A stretch of 64,000 bases of DNA from NCBI GenBank assembly GCA_951406725.2, contig OX597818.1:23064001-23128000 (forward strand), in the 5' to 3' direction. This DNA is from Octopus vulgaris. Its lineage: Eukaryota. The notes under the pieces are model-generated. The model was not told where the DNA came from, searched no databases, and saw only the letters and a list, made by a program, of their open reading frames with translations. Of the stretch, positions 39,903-51,030 are shown in pieces. A program made the position numbers and the translations under genes. Within the stretch, counting starts at the first letter, position 1. Every line of letters starts with the position of its first letter.

Positions 39903-40280
39903 TCTCTATATAAACGGCAGTTTGTCTGTGTGTGTCTGTGTGTCTGTTAGGTTGTACCCTCACCCTGACCACGGCTTTCAACCGATTCTGATGAAACTTG
40001 ACACACACATAGCCCAATGTCATAATTCAAAACTAACACAGCGAAAATTTTGAAAAGTTCCCCCAGTTCTGAAAAAAATCGATAAATTCGACATGGGGTC
40101 GAGAATCAGAAACACAAACCACAGACTGTCTAGGGGACGCAACTCGACCTTTTTTACTCTCAGAAAAAATTTACCATCATTTTTTTCCCATTTTTTTGCT
40201 ATTTTTTGGCTATAACTCTCTAAAAATGCTTTATAGTTATTTCCCTTACAAACCCGAGCAACGCCGGGCGATACTGCTAG
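39903..40280 (+). mobile_element. Non-autonomous Helitron
   Basis: 5' TC(TC)TATATAAACGGC, 3' hairpin cccgagcaacgccggg, then CTAG followed by T. Confidence 0.8.
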
Positions 40281-42199
40281 TCTTCTTATAAAATCTTCTC
40301 ACCAACAACCAGCACATAGCTGTTTATCCCGATTCACTCTTCTATTATCTTCTCCTTCGTCATCCTCTCACTCCTATTGCTCCGATTCTTCCCTCTGACT
40401 TTCTCTTCTATGACACTCCCTTGCTTTTATCATTGTAGTTCTTTCCTTTTACTTTTTTTCTATTATCCTCTTCCTCTGATTCTCTTATTCCCTCTTCTGC
40501 CACCCTGTCAGACATATTACTTTGAAACAACACATACAAAGTAAAATAGCAATGCCACTTCAGTCTTGTAGGGACTAAAAATCTCTCTAGTTTTGGTGCT
40601 ATGATAAAGTGAACCCAATGAACTTTGTAAAATAGTTGTTGTTAGAAGGGCATCCATCCACAGCAATCATGCAAAAAATGAAACATATGAGGTCTGTGAC
40701 TCATCAAGAGAAATAATTCCAAATAGAACCTGACTTCGACCATAAAGACCCACATAACCCTTGCCAACTCGGAAAAAAGGAAATAATGATACTTGTAGTT
40801 TATTTATAATTTAAGACAAGCCAACAGTCAATGATGAACCCTGTATGTTGTCATTCAACCTGCTAGAATGGGCAAGGGCAACCTTTTACAAGAAGAGGGC
40901 TGCATAAGACATGGTTCATCATCAAGCAGGCTGCAGGGCTAATTTATATTCAAGTCCATGTTTAAAAAAAAACAAGGGAGGTACCTACAATGCAAAAGGC
41001 ATTAATAAGGGTGGTTAGTTCGACATGTAATAATTATAATTAATGGCCGTAGTTTGCCCATGACTGTGCAAAAAGCTGCAGTTAAGTCTTTCTAAAATCA
41101 CACCCAGTTACTTAAAGAAGAATGTACTGGATAATGTTCTCTTATACGATGTATAAATAAATCATGGGAGCATATCAGCTACAATACTTTTCTTCATATG
41201 TCTGATTGACCTGGCATGATTGACCTTGGGCTAAACAATAACATTAGATAAATGCAATATATATGATTGGTTCAGATTCTCATGACTAGCAAAGCAAGTT
41301 TTCAAAGGCTGACTGCAAAAGCATGAGTATGGTTGAAGGACAGCTAGATTAAAGATCAAAAGTTGTAAAACATGTCATAAATGTAGGACAAGTCTAGTAT
41401 AAAACTGTTTATTTACTTTACTGACTAAATAACTGATCTAGTACAAGAAGTGTGCATAATATTTCCTTCTAGTCACAGTCAATTTTTCATGCACAGAATG
41501 CAAATTGGGAGTGCCCCCAACTCCGTTGGAATAAGAAGAGCATTTTAACCTTTCGACAAAAGCCTGTGACTTGATTCTATAAACATAACAAAATACAAAA
41601 GGAGGCATTTTAGTGTGTGTGTGTGTGTGTGTGTTTTCTATGGCTGATAGTCATAAAATAAAAAAGAAATGAAATTTTTTTTATAGTTCTTTAATTGATT
41701 TCAATCATTGAATTGTGGCCAGGCTAAGATACTAACTTACAGGGTATATTATAATCAATTATACCATCTAGGGTGCTTTTTAATGTTTTGGCCATGGGAG
41801 GAAAGAAGTGCTCATAACCTTTTTCGCAGCCTTCAAAAGCTGATGAAGAGAAGGAAGACAGTTATTCTAAGACCAGAGGTCTTGCTTGAATGCTCGTAAT
41901 AGAGTGTATACTGCTAAAGATATTTAAAGCTGGATACATGCTCTTTATTTGCAGAGTCAATTTGCCATGAATTTGATTTATACTCAATGATTGATTTAGC
42001 ATCAGTGGATATAGTTATTGGATATGACCCATTATACTCATGAGGGCAAATGAGATCCTCCAGAAAGAAGCAACTACAAAGGTAAGAAATTGATGGGTAA
42101 AATTATGAAAATAACAAATAATTTATAGCACAAACTGATTAAGAGAATCCACTTAGGTGAGACAGTTTGGATTTATATTAAGAAGCAATACCATTAATG

Positions 42200-42910
42200 T
42201 TCACTTCCTAGTGAGGCAATTACAGAAGTTCTCAACTAAAATTAAGCCACTACACCTAATATTCACCAATGTGGAAAAAACCTCTGACAGGGTGCCATGA
42301 TGGTCATTAAGAATACAATGTTGTTAAATGACTTGTGAGAGTTAGGCAAGCAAAGTGAAAGTTGGTAGTAAATTAAGAGAAGAGTCAGTGATTTAGCATT
42401 CAGGTTCAGTTCTGAACTCACTACGGTTTATTATAGTCCCCTAGACCATAACATAGACGTTTAATCTTCAAGTCAAAAGAGCCTGAATGTAAACTAAGTA
42501 AACATTAAAGCCTTGGTTGACAAGAAAGAAGTCAGGACTTTATTGTCATCTGGGAAGTGGCTATGATTAATATGAAGAAAAGAAGCAGATAGTTATTCTA
42601 ACAAATATGTCAAATGTAAATAATGGATGCATGAGAAGTGTCAGAAAAAGACTAATAGAGAAAGAAGATTCAATGGGTAGTAGATGCACAAGAGTAGTAA
42701 GCAGTAAGCACACCTATGACATAAACACTCTCAAATACCTTGAAGTGGTTGATAACATCTAGTCTTTTAGGTAACCTAATGAGCAGAGGAGATTGTTGTT
42801 CCGAAAGCATAGTCACCAGAGAAAGAACAGAGTAGAAAAGGCTTAGAGAACTATTATCTCTGTTAGCAACCCTATATGAAGATTGTGTACAAAACATGAT
42901 GCTGCATGGC
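42200..42910 (+). mobile_element. Old, heavily decayed RTE fragment
   Basis: Nucleotide similarity by eye to 19520-20620 (gaaaaa...tgacagggt, caggttcagttct, atgctgcatggcagt). Confidence 0.6.
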
Positions 42911-43602
42911 AGTTAAATGTATTTACTATTAATAACACCTATTTTGCAGAAAACTTGCTTTAATTCAAGGAAAAAATGATATTTTCACAGAAAATGGCCC
43001 ACTTTCTAGCAAAAACATACTGTTTAGTGACAGCCCATTTTACAAACCACTGGGATCATTTTCATTAACTATGGCAAAAACTGTTCCAGAAAATGATGTT
43101 CCCCTCTCTGTAGCAAAAACATGTCATAAATGTAGGACAAGTCTAGTATAAAACTGTTTATTTACTTTACTGACTATAACTGCGTTAAACAGTTTAGTCA
43201 CATATGCTTAATGGTGTCCAATACAATGTCTCTCCAAAAATGTGAGAATTCTCAGATTGAATCTGTAAAAATGATTTGAATAATTTCCATCATGACATAA
43301 AGGTTAATGATAAATAGCTGATCTAGTACAAGAAGTGTGCATAATATTTCCTTCTAGTCACAGTCAATCACAGTGTGATTAGAAGCAGCAACAATTATTT
43401 TCAACTAGTTCTGGTATGAGACCATCTGTTCATCAGGTATTTTCTTCTATGGTTTGCAACCATACTGGCACGCTTTTTTTAAAGGTTTCAGTTTAAACAA
43501 ATCAATCCCAGTGATTTTTAAGTCTTGATATTTGTTTTATTGTCTCTTTGGTTGAACCACTCATGTACAGAGCTGTAAATACACCAATACTGGTTGTTAA
43601 GA

Positions 43603-43832
43603 GGTGGCGAGCTGGCAGAAATGTTAGCACGCCAGGCGAAATGCTTAGCGGTATTTCGTCTGTGTTACGTTGTGAGTTCAAATTCCGCCGAGGTCGACTT
43701 TGCCTTTCATCCTTTCGGGGTCGATAAATTAAGTACCAGTTACGCACTGGGGTCGATGTAATCGACTTAATACCTATGTCTGTCCTTGTTTGTCCCCTCT
43801 GTGTTTAGCCCCTTGTGGGTAATAAAGAAATA
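43603..43832 (+). mobile_element. MetaSINE-like element with TSD
   Basis: tRNA-like head and gcctttcatcctttcggggtcgataaattaagtacc core; 16-bp direct repeat ggttgttaagaggtgg at 43592-43607 and 43833-43848. Confidence 0.9.
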
Positions 43833-44231
43833 GGTTGTTAAGAGGTGGAACACACACACACACATTTCCCCCCCCCCCCCGCATTACTAACCTACCAAAT
43901 CCACATAAAAAGCTTTGCCAAACCCAGGTTGTAGTAGAAAACACTTCTCCAAGGTGCCACATAGTGGGACTGAACCAAAAGCTATGAGGCTGAGAAGCAA
44001 ACTTCTTACCACACAGCCTTATCCGGAGAAGAAAATTATGAAACTGTTTAACCCCCCCCCCCCCAATACCAGTTAAACCCTTATCTGTTTAAGTTTAATC
44101 TTTTAAACCTTACTTTGGATTTTTATGCTTTGAAAAACAGATTCAGAATTTACAGTTATATATTTAAGAGATGAGGAATTATGTACATTATTTACATTTG
44201 ATGGATGTTTGTCCTCATCATGTTTGTTGTT

Positions 44232-44277
44232 AACACAACGTTTCAGCTGATATACCCTCCCGCCTTCATCAGGTGTC
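44232..44277 (-). ncRNA. Minimal type I hammerhead ribozyme, inverted copy
   Basis: gacac-CTGATGA-aggcgggagggtatatcagct-GAAA-cgtt-gtgtt on the minus strand. Confidence 0.8.
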
Positions 44278-44442
44278 TTGGGGAAATTTCGAACCCGGGT
44301 TCTCATTCGTAAGGTATTTTCGATGTTGTTGTTGTTATCATTACCATTACTATTCAGGTCACTGCCTAGAATCGAACTGAGAATTTTGGGGTTAGTAGCC
44401 CGCTACCAGCCCCAAAATTTCGAGTTCGATTCCAGGCAGTGA

Positions 44443-44496
<54 letters not shown>

Positions 44497-44551
44497 CAAC
44501 AACATCGAAAAATACCTTACGAATGAGAACCCAGGTTCGAAATTCCCCCAA

Positions 44552-44596
44552 GACACCTGATGAAGGCTGGAAGGTTTTCAGCCGAAACGTTGTGTT
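44552..44596 (+). ncRNA. Minimal type I hammerhead ribozyme
   Basis: gacac-CTGATGA-a-ggctg...cagcc-GAAA-cgtt-gtgtt; helix III is the palindrome AACGTT. Confidence 0.85.
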
Positions 44597-44728
44597 AACA
44601 ACAAACAAGATGAGGACAAACATCCCTCAAATGTAAATAATGTTCAGAATTTACACTTTAAAATCAGAAATTTGTTTTATTCTCACTTTTCTGTATGACT
44701 ACTTTTGAGTAACATTTTATTTCAATTT

Positions 44729-45038
44729 CAAAATTTGTTTTATTTTCATTCATTATTGTTGTTTGTTTGTTTGTACGTACGTACAGACAGACAGACAGAC
44801 AAATTCCCACCACCATCACCTCCGATTTACAGGTTACATATATTTATATATGTAGAGAGTTTTTTTGTTTTTTTGTTATCACGGGCGCCGACAAGTCTAC
44901 TTACTAGCGCGTATGCGTACAGTACTGACTGACGCGGGAGTGCGCGTCGGGTCCATTCTTTTTAAGTAGTACCCAATTGCCTTCACAGTGTTTACCGTTT
45001 TACAAAACAAACTAGAAAACTGGACAAAACAAAGAACG
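44729..45038. repeat. Left arm of the long inverted repeat flanking the CRE-type ORF
   Basis: Collinear with the reverse complement of 48562-48830 (caaaatttgttttatttt...cctccgatttac...ctagcgcgt...attgccttcacagtgtttacc...aaactagaaaactg). Confidence 0.9.
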
Positions 45039-45096
45039 CAAGTGAAAAAATTAAAAAGAAAAACGGAAGAAAAGAAGAAAAAGAGAATGAACAAAG

Positions 45097-45512
45097 AGGC
45101 GCAGGAGTGGCTGTGTGGTAAGTAGCTTGCTAACCAACCACATGGTTCCGGGTTCAGTCCCACTGCGTGGCATCTTGGGCAAGTGTATTCTGCTATAGCC
45201 CCGGGCCGACCAATGCCTTGTGAGTGGATTTGGTAGACGGAAACTGAAAGAAGCCTGTCGTATATATGTATATATATATATATAAGTATGTGTGTATATG
45301 TTTGTGTGTCTGTGTTTGTCCCCCTACCATTGCTTGACAACCGATGCTGGTGTGTTTACGTCCCCGTCACTTAGCGGTTCGGCAAAAGAGACCGATAGAA
45401 TAAGTACTGGGCTTACAAAGAATAAGTCCCGGGGTCGATTTGCTCGACTAAAGGCGGTGCTCCAGCATGGCCACAGTCAAGTGACTGAAACAAGTAAAAG
45501 AGTAAAGAGAAA
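45097..45512 (+). mobile_element. SINE family A, full-length, nested in the CRE-type element
   Basis: tRNA-like head ggcgcaggagtggctgtgtggtaag...gggttcagtcc, cttgggcaagt core, internal (TA)n, (aagagta)n tail. Confidence 0.9.
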
Positions 45513-45573
45513 AAAATAAAACAAAACAATTCACCACCTTGAGTTGCAAAGTTGGGGGCGCTGGGAAACTTTA

Positions 45574-48290
45574 CTAATGGCTATTGAGACACGCCAGCAC
45601 GCTTGCAGTGTTGCTATGGATGATGGCGAGGCTGATACGCTGGAACAGCCAAGTGCCCTCACGATCCTCACCAGTTACCTCTGCAAGGCAAGTTACCAGT
45701 GAAGATGGGAATCTCGCAGTGAGTGGTCCGACCCCACCAAATATCTTGAACGCCACAGGATGGAAAATGTAGTTGGCCGAAAGACTGCGGTATTTCAGGA
45801 TTTTGTTCTGCTCGGCCGCAGAAGCTGTGGATCTCGCCCTGACCGCAGCATCCAGGATGTGCGAAGAAGCAAAGGAGTCGCTAACTGTTGAGTCCCAGAC
45901 GAGGCATCTACTTTGCGACCAGGGGTACAGGGTGAGGCCGTCAGGTCTCCTTCCATCACATCTGGACAATTCAGATGGTTCCAAGATGGAGGGGATGTTT
46001 GCCCGGGCCAATCTCCGCTCTAGTATCAGGTTCAACTCCGTATGACGCTCGAAGCAACCAGCATTCAGGCGGTAAGAAAGGCCATGGAGGCCTGAGGAGT
46101 CGAAGAGCCTGTCACAACGACAGATCAAACCCGTGCATACATCAGCTTCCACTCTGAGGGCAATGGAGACACGAAGGTTGTCCAAGTTGAGTAGGCCACC
46201 AACATTAGCCACAGGATAGCATCAATCCAGTCACCTGAATATTTGGCGCTCGGAAACAGTAAGCGGCACCTTGAAAGTTGGTCCGACTGGATGAAGAGGG
46301 AGTTGAAGGTGGCCTTCAAAATTATGTTGTCCCAAGCTCTCTAACTCCGACAGTCCTCCACCTTCTCAGGAACAGACAAGCCCAATTTCCTCCAGTGTTG
46401 GAGAGTTTCATCCAACTCCCAGTTGGAACTGGTCCATGTTGGAGAGGAGAGGATGTTACTCATCAGGGTGATGCAGGCGTGGGTGGACGAAAGGAAGCAG
46501 GAGAGAGAGGGGGGGAGACCGCCAAATCGCTTGGGCAATGCAGCCTGATCGAGGGATGTTGGAGAGAGTCTGACATTGACTATGCATTCGAGTCTCTCAA
46601 AGATTAGGTTGTCGAAGCATTGGAGGCACGATGGGGATCGGTGAGATGAGCTGACTATGAATAAATATAGAAGCTTGGGGATCGAGAAGTAATTCCTAAG
46701 TATGAAAAAACCTTGATGAGGTTCGATAGGTTCAATATTTTTCAACAATTGTTTAATGGCAGCCACCTTCGACTGGAAAATGGACTCAAAGGCAAGGTCA
46801 GTGATTGGGGCACCTAAAGAGTACCAAGCCGATGGGGGAGAGACTGCAACGGAAGGGGAGGACTCTGCAAAAAGGTCAATAGTTGGTTGATGTTGAAAAG
46901 CCGGGTGGTTGAGGATCCAGAGCTCACATTTGGAGCTGCTTACTTGGAGGCCTCGGCAATCAAGCGCCCCAACCATCATATTAGCAATGGCGAGAACCCT
47001 GTCCGGAGGTCCCCCCACCCAAACAAGCATTGTCGAGATACCAGACATTGAGGTCTAGCTCAACGTCCATCTTGGTGGTGTTATCAATGCCCAGTGCGAA
47101 CAGAGCAGGCCCAAGTGGGTTGCCCTGTTGGACTCCCGAGTCGGAGACAATGATCTAGTCACCGAAAGAGAGATAGGAAAGCTCCCGATAAGCCTGCCAT
47201 GCAAGGCGGTAGAGTTGTAGGAACTTCTCGATTACTGAACTGAGGACAGCATCGCGGCTGATGGAGTCGAAGGCATTCTTAAGGTCAAGTTTGAGGATGA
47301 CCTTGGGTGACAAGACGGGCAAGTTGACATAGGCTCTGATAGCTTCACATCACAATTTGGTGCCCACTCTTAGCTGGGTGGGAGAAAATCCCTCTTCCAA
47401 TAAGCTAGAGAACGATTGTAAGCACACCTTTGTAGTGAGACGGCGAAGGATGCAGCAGACTGCAAGGGGGTGCAAGTCTCCATTGGGTTTGGTGAACCCA
47501 AATAATTTTGCACCGAAGAATAGTGGGCGGATATAAGGGACGACGTTTGCTGAAGAGAACTGGTTCACAAACTGAGTCAAATTCTCCAAGAGCTCAAGTC
47601 CGGCGTCACCGGCCGATAAGGAGATACCATCCTTAGGGTGTTGAGGCTGAAAGCCATCAATTCCCGGACCTGACCCAGCAGGGAAGGATGAAATCGCCTT
47701 TCTGATGCTATCAGAGGTGAAGACCGGTCTCAAGTATTCTGGGGGATCGAGCCAGTTTAGTTGATTATTAGGTGTCGATGGGTGTTTCTCTTTCAGACGG
47801 ACAGCCCCTTTTATGTCGAATTCGCTGATATAAGTATTGACTGCACGCTTAAGGTTTATCGGTTGCTTGTCGGTAGGCACCATGCTCGATGTCAAATTGA
47901 GGTGAGAAGTGATTGGGGTGGACTCAAATAGCTGGAACTGTCGCTTGAGAGAGAATGTAAGGGAGCCTGATTTCACTTCGTGCACGTGGAGAGGGATAAA
48001 CATACGTTTTTCAACAAGCTGGAGAGCGCGCGAGCAAAGCTATTCCGAGCTCCCTTAGGGATCCGGTTAACGAGCTTCGATTTAGATAAACCCTGGAGAG
48101 CTGCAACAAAGTCCTCAGTAGAGAGCTGGTTGTCGGGGTGTGAGGCGTGTCCACGGAGTGCAGGTTCAGTATGGAAGACTTTCGGCTTGAGTCTTGGTAA
48201 TGCGGACACAACTCGTGTGGTAATATTGGTGGCACAGGTGAAAATTAATTGTCTTTAAATAACGGCTAGTGCGAGCACAGACAGCACAGT
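45574..48290 (-). mobile_element. Decayed CRE-clade non-LTR retrotransposon ORF (PHD finger, RT, zinc knuckle, restriction-like endonuclease)
   Basis: RIPKGAR, GSGPGIDG.QPQH, FFGAKL...KPNGDLHPLAV...LRRL, KLDLKNAFDSISR, GVQQGNPLGPALF, WYLDN, LGAPI, CRC...H, ERH..LN, RRPDG...WD.TV, K..KY, WLFQRISLAI; several stops and frameshifts. Confidence 0.9.
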
Positions 48291-48561
48291 GAGGGGCGAG
48301 CTAGCATCAACCGACAGTAGAGGGCTAGCATTGGAACTCAATCGAGGGAGTGCAGCATTGATTCCGAAGGTGGGACTAGAACGGAGGTCGGGTGGTGGGG
48401 AGAGGGTTGAAAGTTGTAGGAGTGGTGGGGTTGGTAGGGTTAATTCCATTCGGAACCCGCGGTGGAGAGAGGTTAGCTTCTCTCGAGCGTACCGAAGTTG
48501 GTGGAGAATGAAAGGTCAGAGATTGATCTATTGTCACATAGTCGCTCCACTAGGCAGGTCT

Positions 48562-48830
48562 CGTCCTCTGTTTTGTACAGTTTTCTAGTTTGATTTTGTG
48601 AAATGGTAAACACTGTGAAGGCAATCGGGTACTTCTTAAGAAGAGTGAACCCGACACGCGTACCATACGCACACGCGCTAGTCAGCACCCACAATGAAAA
48701 AAAAAATAAAAACAACTCCACCTGTATAAATATGTGTAAATTGTAAATCGGAGGTGGTGGGGATCTATCTATCTATCTATCTAACAAAATAAAACAACCG
48801 ACTGAATGAAAGAAAATAAAACAAATTTTG
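48562..48830. repeat. Right arm of the long inverted repeat flanking the CRE-type ORF
   Basis: Reverse complement of 44729-45038 with substitutions and indels. Confidence 0.9.
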
Positions 48831-49109
48831 GAATCAGAAATTGGTTAAGATTAGGGAATTTAACATTGCTTTCTATTTGAAAAAATATTTGTGCTTTTAT
48901 GAATGAAAAAAAAAAAAAACTGGACCTTTTTAAAGTAATGGACAGAAATACTTTGTTAACAAAAATTCCAAAGAACGCCTCTTTTAGTTAGCGGTTGGAG
49001 GTAAGTGTTAAAGAAATACCCACGCTCAAATCCTATGAATGGGATACTTAATAACATCTGATTAATGACAGGATTAATCCCGAAATTATATACATATTAA
49101 TTTTCTTCT

Positions 49110-49440
49110 GACCTGGCTCTCACTCGGTTACGATGACGAGTGTTCCAGTTGGTACGATCAACAGAACAGCCTGCTTATGAAATTAACATGCAAGTGGCTG
49201 AGCACTCCACAGACACATGTATCCTTAACGTAGTTTTCAGGGAATTTCAAGCGTGACACAGAATGTGACAAGACTGGTCCTTTTGAATTATATGTACCAC
49301 TCCTTTTTTTTCCGGCTGAGTGGACTGGACCAACATGAAATAAAGTGCCTTGCTCAAGGACACGACACGCCACCAGAAATTGAGCTCACGCCCTAACGAT
49401 CATGAGCTGGACGCCCTAAGCACTAAGTGCACATCTTCAC
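49110..49440 (-). mobile_element. SINE of a third family (second copy near 28340-28655)
   Basis: Shared aacatgcaagtggctgagcactccacag...tgctcaaggacac body with a tRNA-like right end. Confidence 0.7.
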
Positions 49441-50879
49441 TTCTAAGCTAGTTAATTTTCTACAACCAGTAAATGTTGATTCTTTCCATTTTAATTTTTC
49501 AAACTGAAGACATCAGGTATCATTTGAGGTTTTTGTTTGTTGTTTTTTTATCTGTGCCAGACAAACATGTTATCTCGATAACTGTCAGCGACAATAATCT
49601 ATCAAATGTATTTGGTTACTGTAACCTAATCGACCTAGGTGAGGAAAAAATAAATAAATGTGAAGAAGCAAAGTATTATGAAGTCCCTTGTCACTAGCTA
49701 GAAACGGAGGCTGTCGACGTGTTTGTACACGTATGCCGTTATTTTAATACATCACACCTGATCAAAGGTACTTCGGGAAAATATTTTATTTTAAAAAATA
49801 CGTAGTTTTTCAATATGAAGTACTTTTTAAAAGGTTAATATACGTATCACATGCACTATCTGTCACTTCTATCTCTCTCTCACACACACACATCACCTAC
49901 GTAATCTATTATCTAGCTATGTAATCTACACATTTATTTACCCCACTTCTCTTTATCTACCCCTTCTCTTTATCTATCTATCGTATTTGTTTATGTAATC
50001 TACCTATGTCTATCCGTCTTTTTATCTATACTTATTGTTGCTTAACTCTGCATCAGCCGTGATCCAAGCATGTATTATGGAATATAGTTTAACTTATATA
50101 CTAGTTTTTTGAGTCGCAGTTCAGAGAAAGATTTCGCTGCTGCTTAAGCGTATGGAACGACTTTGTGCGTGTGTGAATCCAAACCCTTCACAGATACTCA
50201 CACAATCGTAAATAAAATCACTCGGCTTTAATATTATGTGTAAATGATTTTTGAACCAGTTTTATGATTTATTACTTTTAAACGCTTCAAATATTACCGC
50301 AAAATAGCTTTTGTTTAAAATATACTCTGTTTTACTCATGAAATCGCCGGTACTACGTACGATCGGCCAGGTTTTAAGAAGACACTTCTAGAAATAGAGT
50401 ACAGGGGTGGTTCTCGGACCACATTTTATTTACAATGTATACAAATGATAATCTCTTGTTACATAATGATAATTTCTTATTATATAAGCAGTGGAAGCGG
50501 CGTAAGTATATGACCGATTTAACACTTAGTATCATTAATTTCTCAAAGTCTGTAAGACATTACCATAATTCATATTTCCCCTTCTCAGCATCACAAGTTG
50601 CTGTGAGCTGAATTTTATTTTCCTATTATATCTACACAACCCATTTTGAACAAACAAAATATATTTCCAGTCAAATGTCCCTAGTGGTGAAAAGGTTAAA
50701 ATAAAGAGATAGAAAAATTTCCGACATTCTTCGTTCCTAAGGGATGTTTCTGTCCTCTGAAAGACATAAAGATGGTTTAGCATTGGAAAGATTAAATAAA
50801 TAAAACAAACTAAAATTGAACGCTTGGAAACAGTAACTACTACTGAATTTCTAGTTAATACGTAGATGAAATTATTTAC

Positions 50880-51030
50880 CTTGTGTCGGTATTTGTAGTA
50901 TCCATAATAGACGTTTTAAATTGATTTTGTGCCTCCACAGTATTTATACGATATGAAATCGTTCACAAGACACGCGCCCACCGTTAGGCCGCCGCTGATT
51001 GGCTACAATTCAGCATCTTGATTGGATACC
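50880..51030 (-). promoter_or_regulatory. Probable CBS promoter and non-coding first exon
   Basis: Coding exon 1 starts with an acceptor, so an upstream exon is required. Donor CAAG|gtaaat at 50880/50879 in a CpG-richer unique patch, with two minus-strand CCAAT boxes (AGCCAATCAGC, core 50998-51002; ATCCAATCAAG, core 51021-51025). Confidence 0.55.

Larger units (their letters stand above)
44155..44642. mobile_element. Fold-back element with tRNA-like head and two hammerhead ribozymes
   Basis: Inverted arms 44185-44399 and 44402-44643; 13-bp TSD ttcagaatttaca at 44142-44154 and 44643-44655; B box gagttcgattcc at 44422-44433. Confidence 0.85.

Noticed and set aside
41836-41905. CTGATGA...GAA...GTA hammerhead-like string
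   Set aside because: The GAAA core is broken and the stems do not pair convincingly.
48851-48856. TTAGGG next to the right end of the CRE-type element, suggesting telomere-repeat targeting as in MoTeR
   Set aside because: It is a single hexamer with no array on either side; expected by chance.
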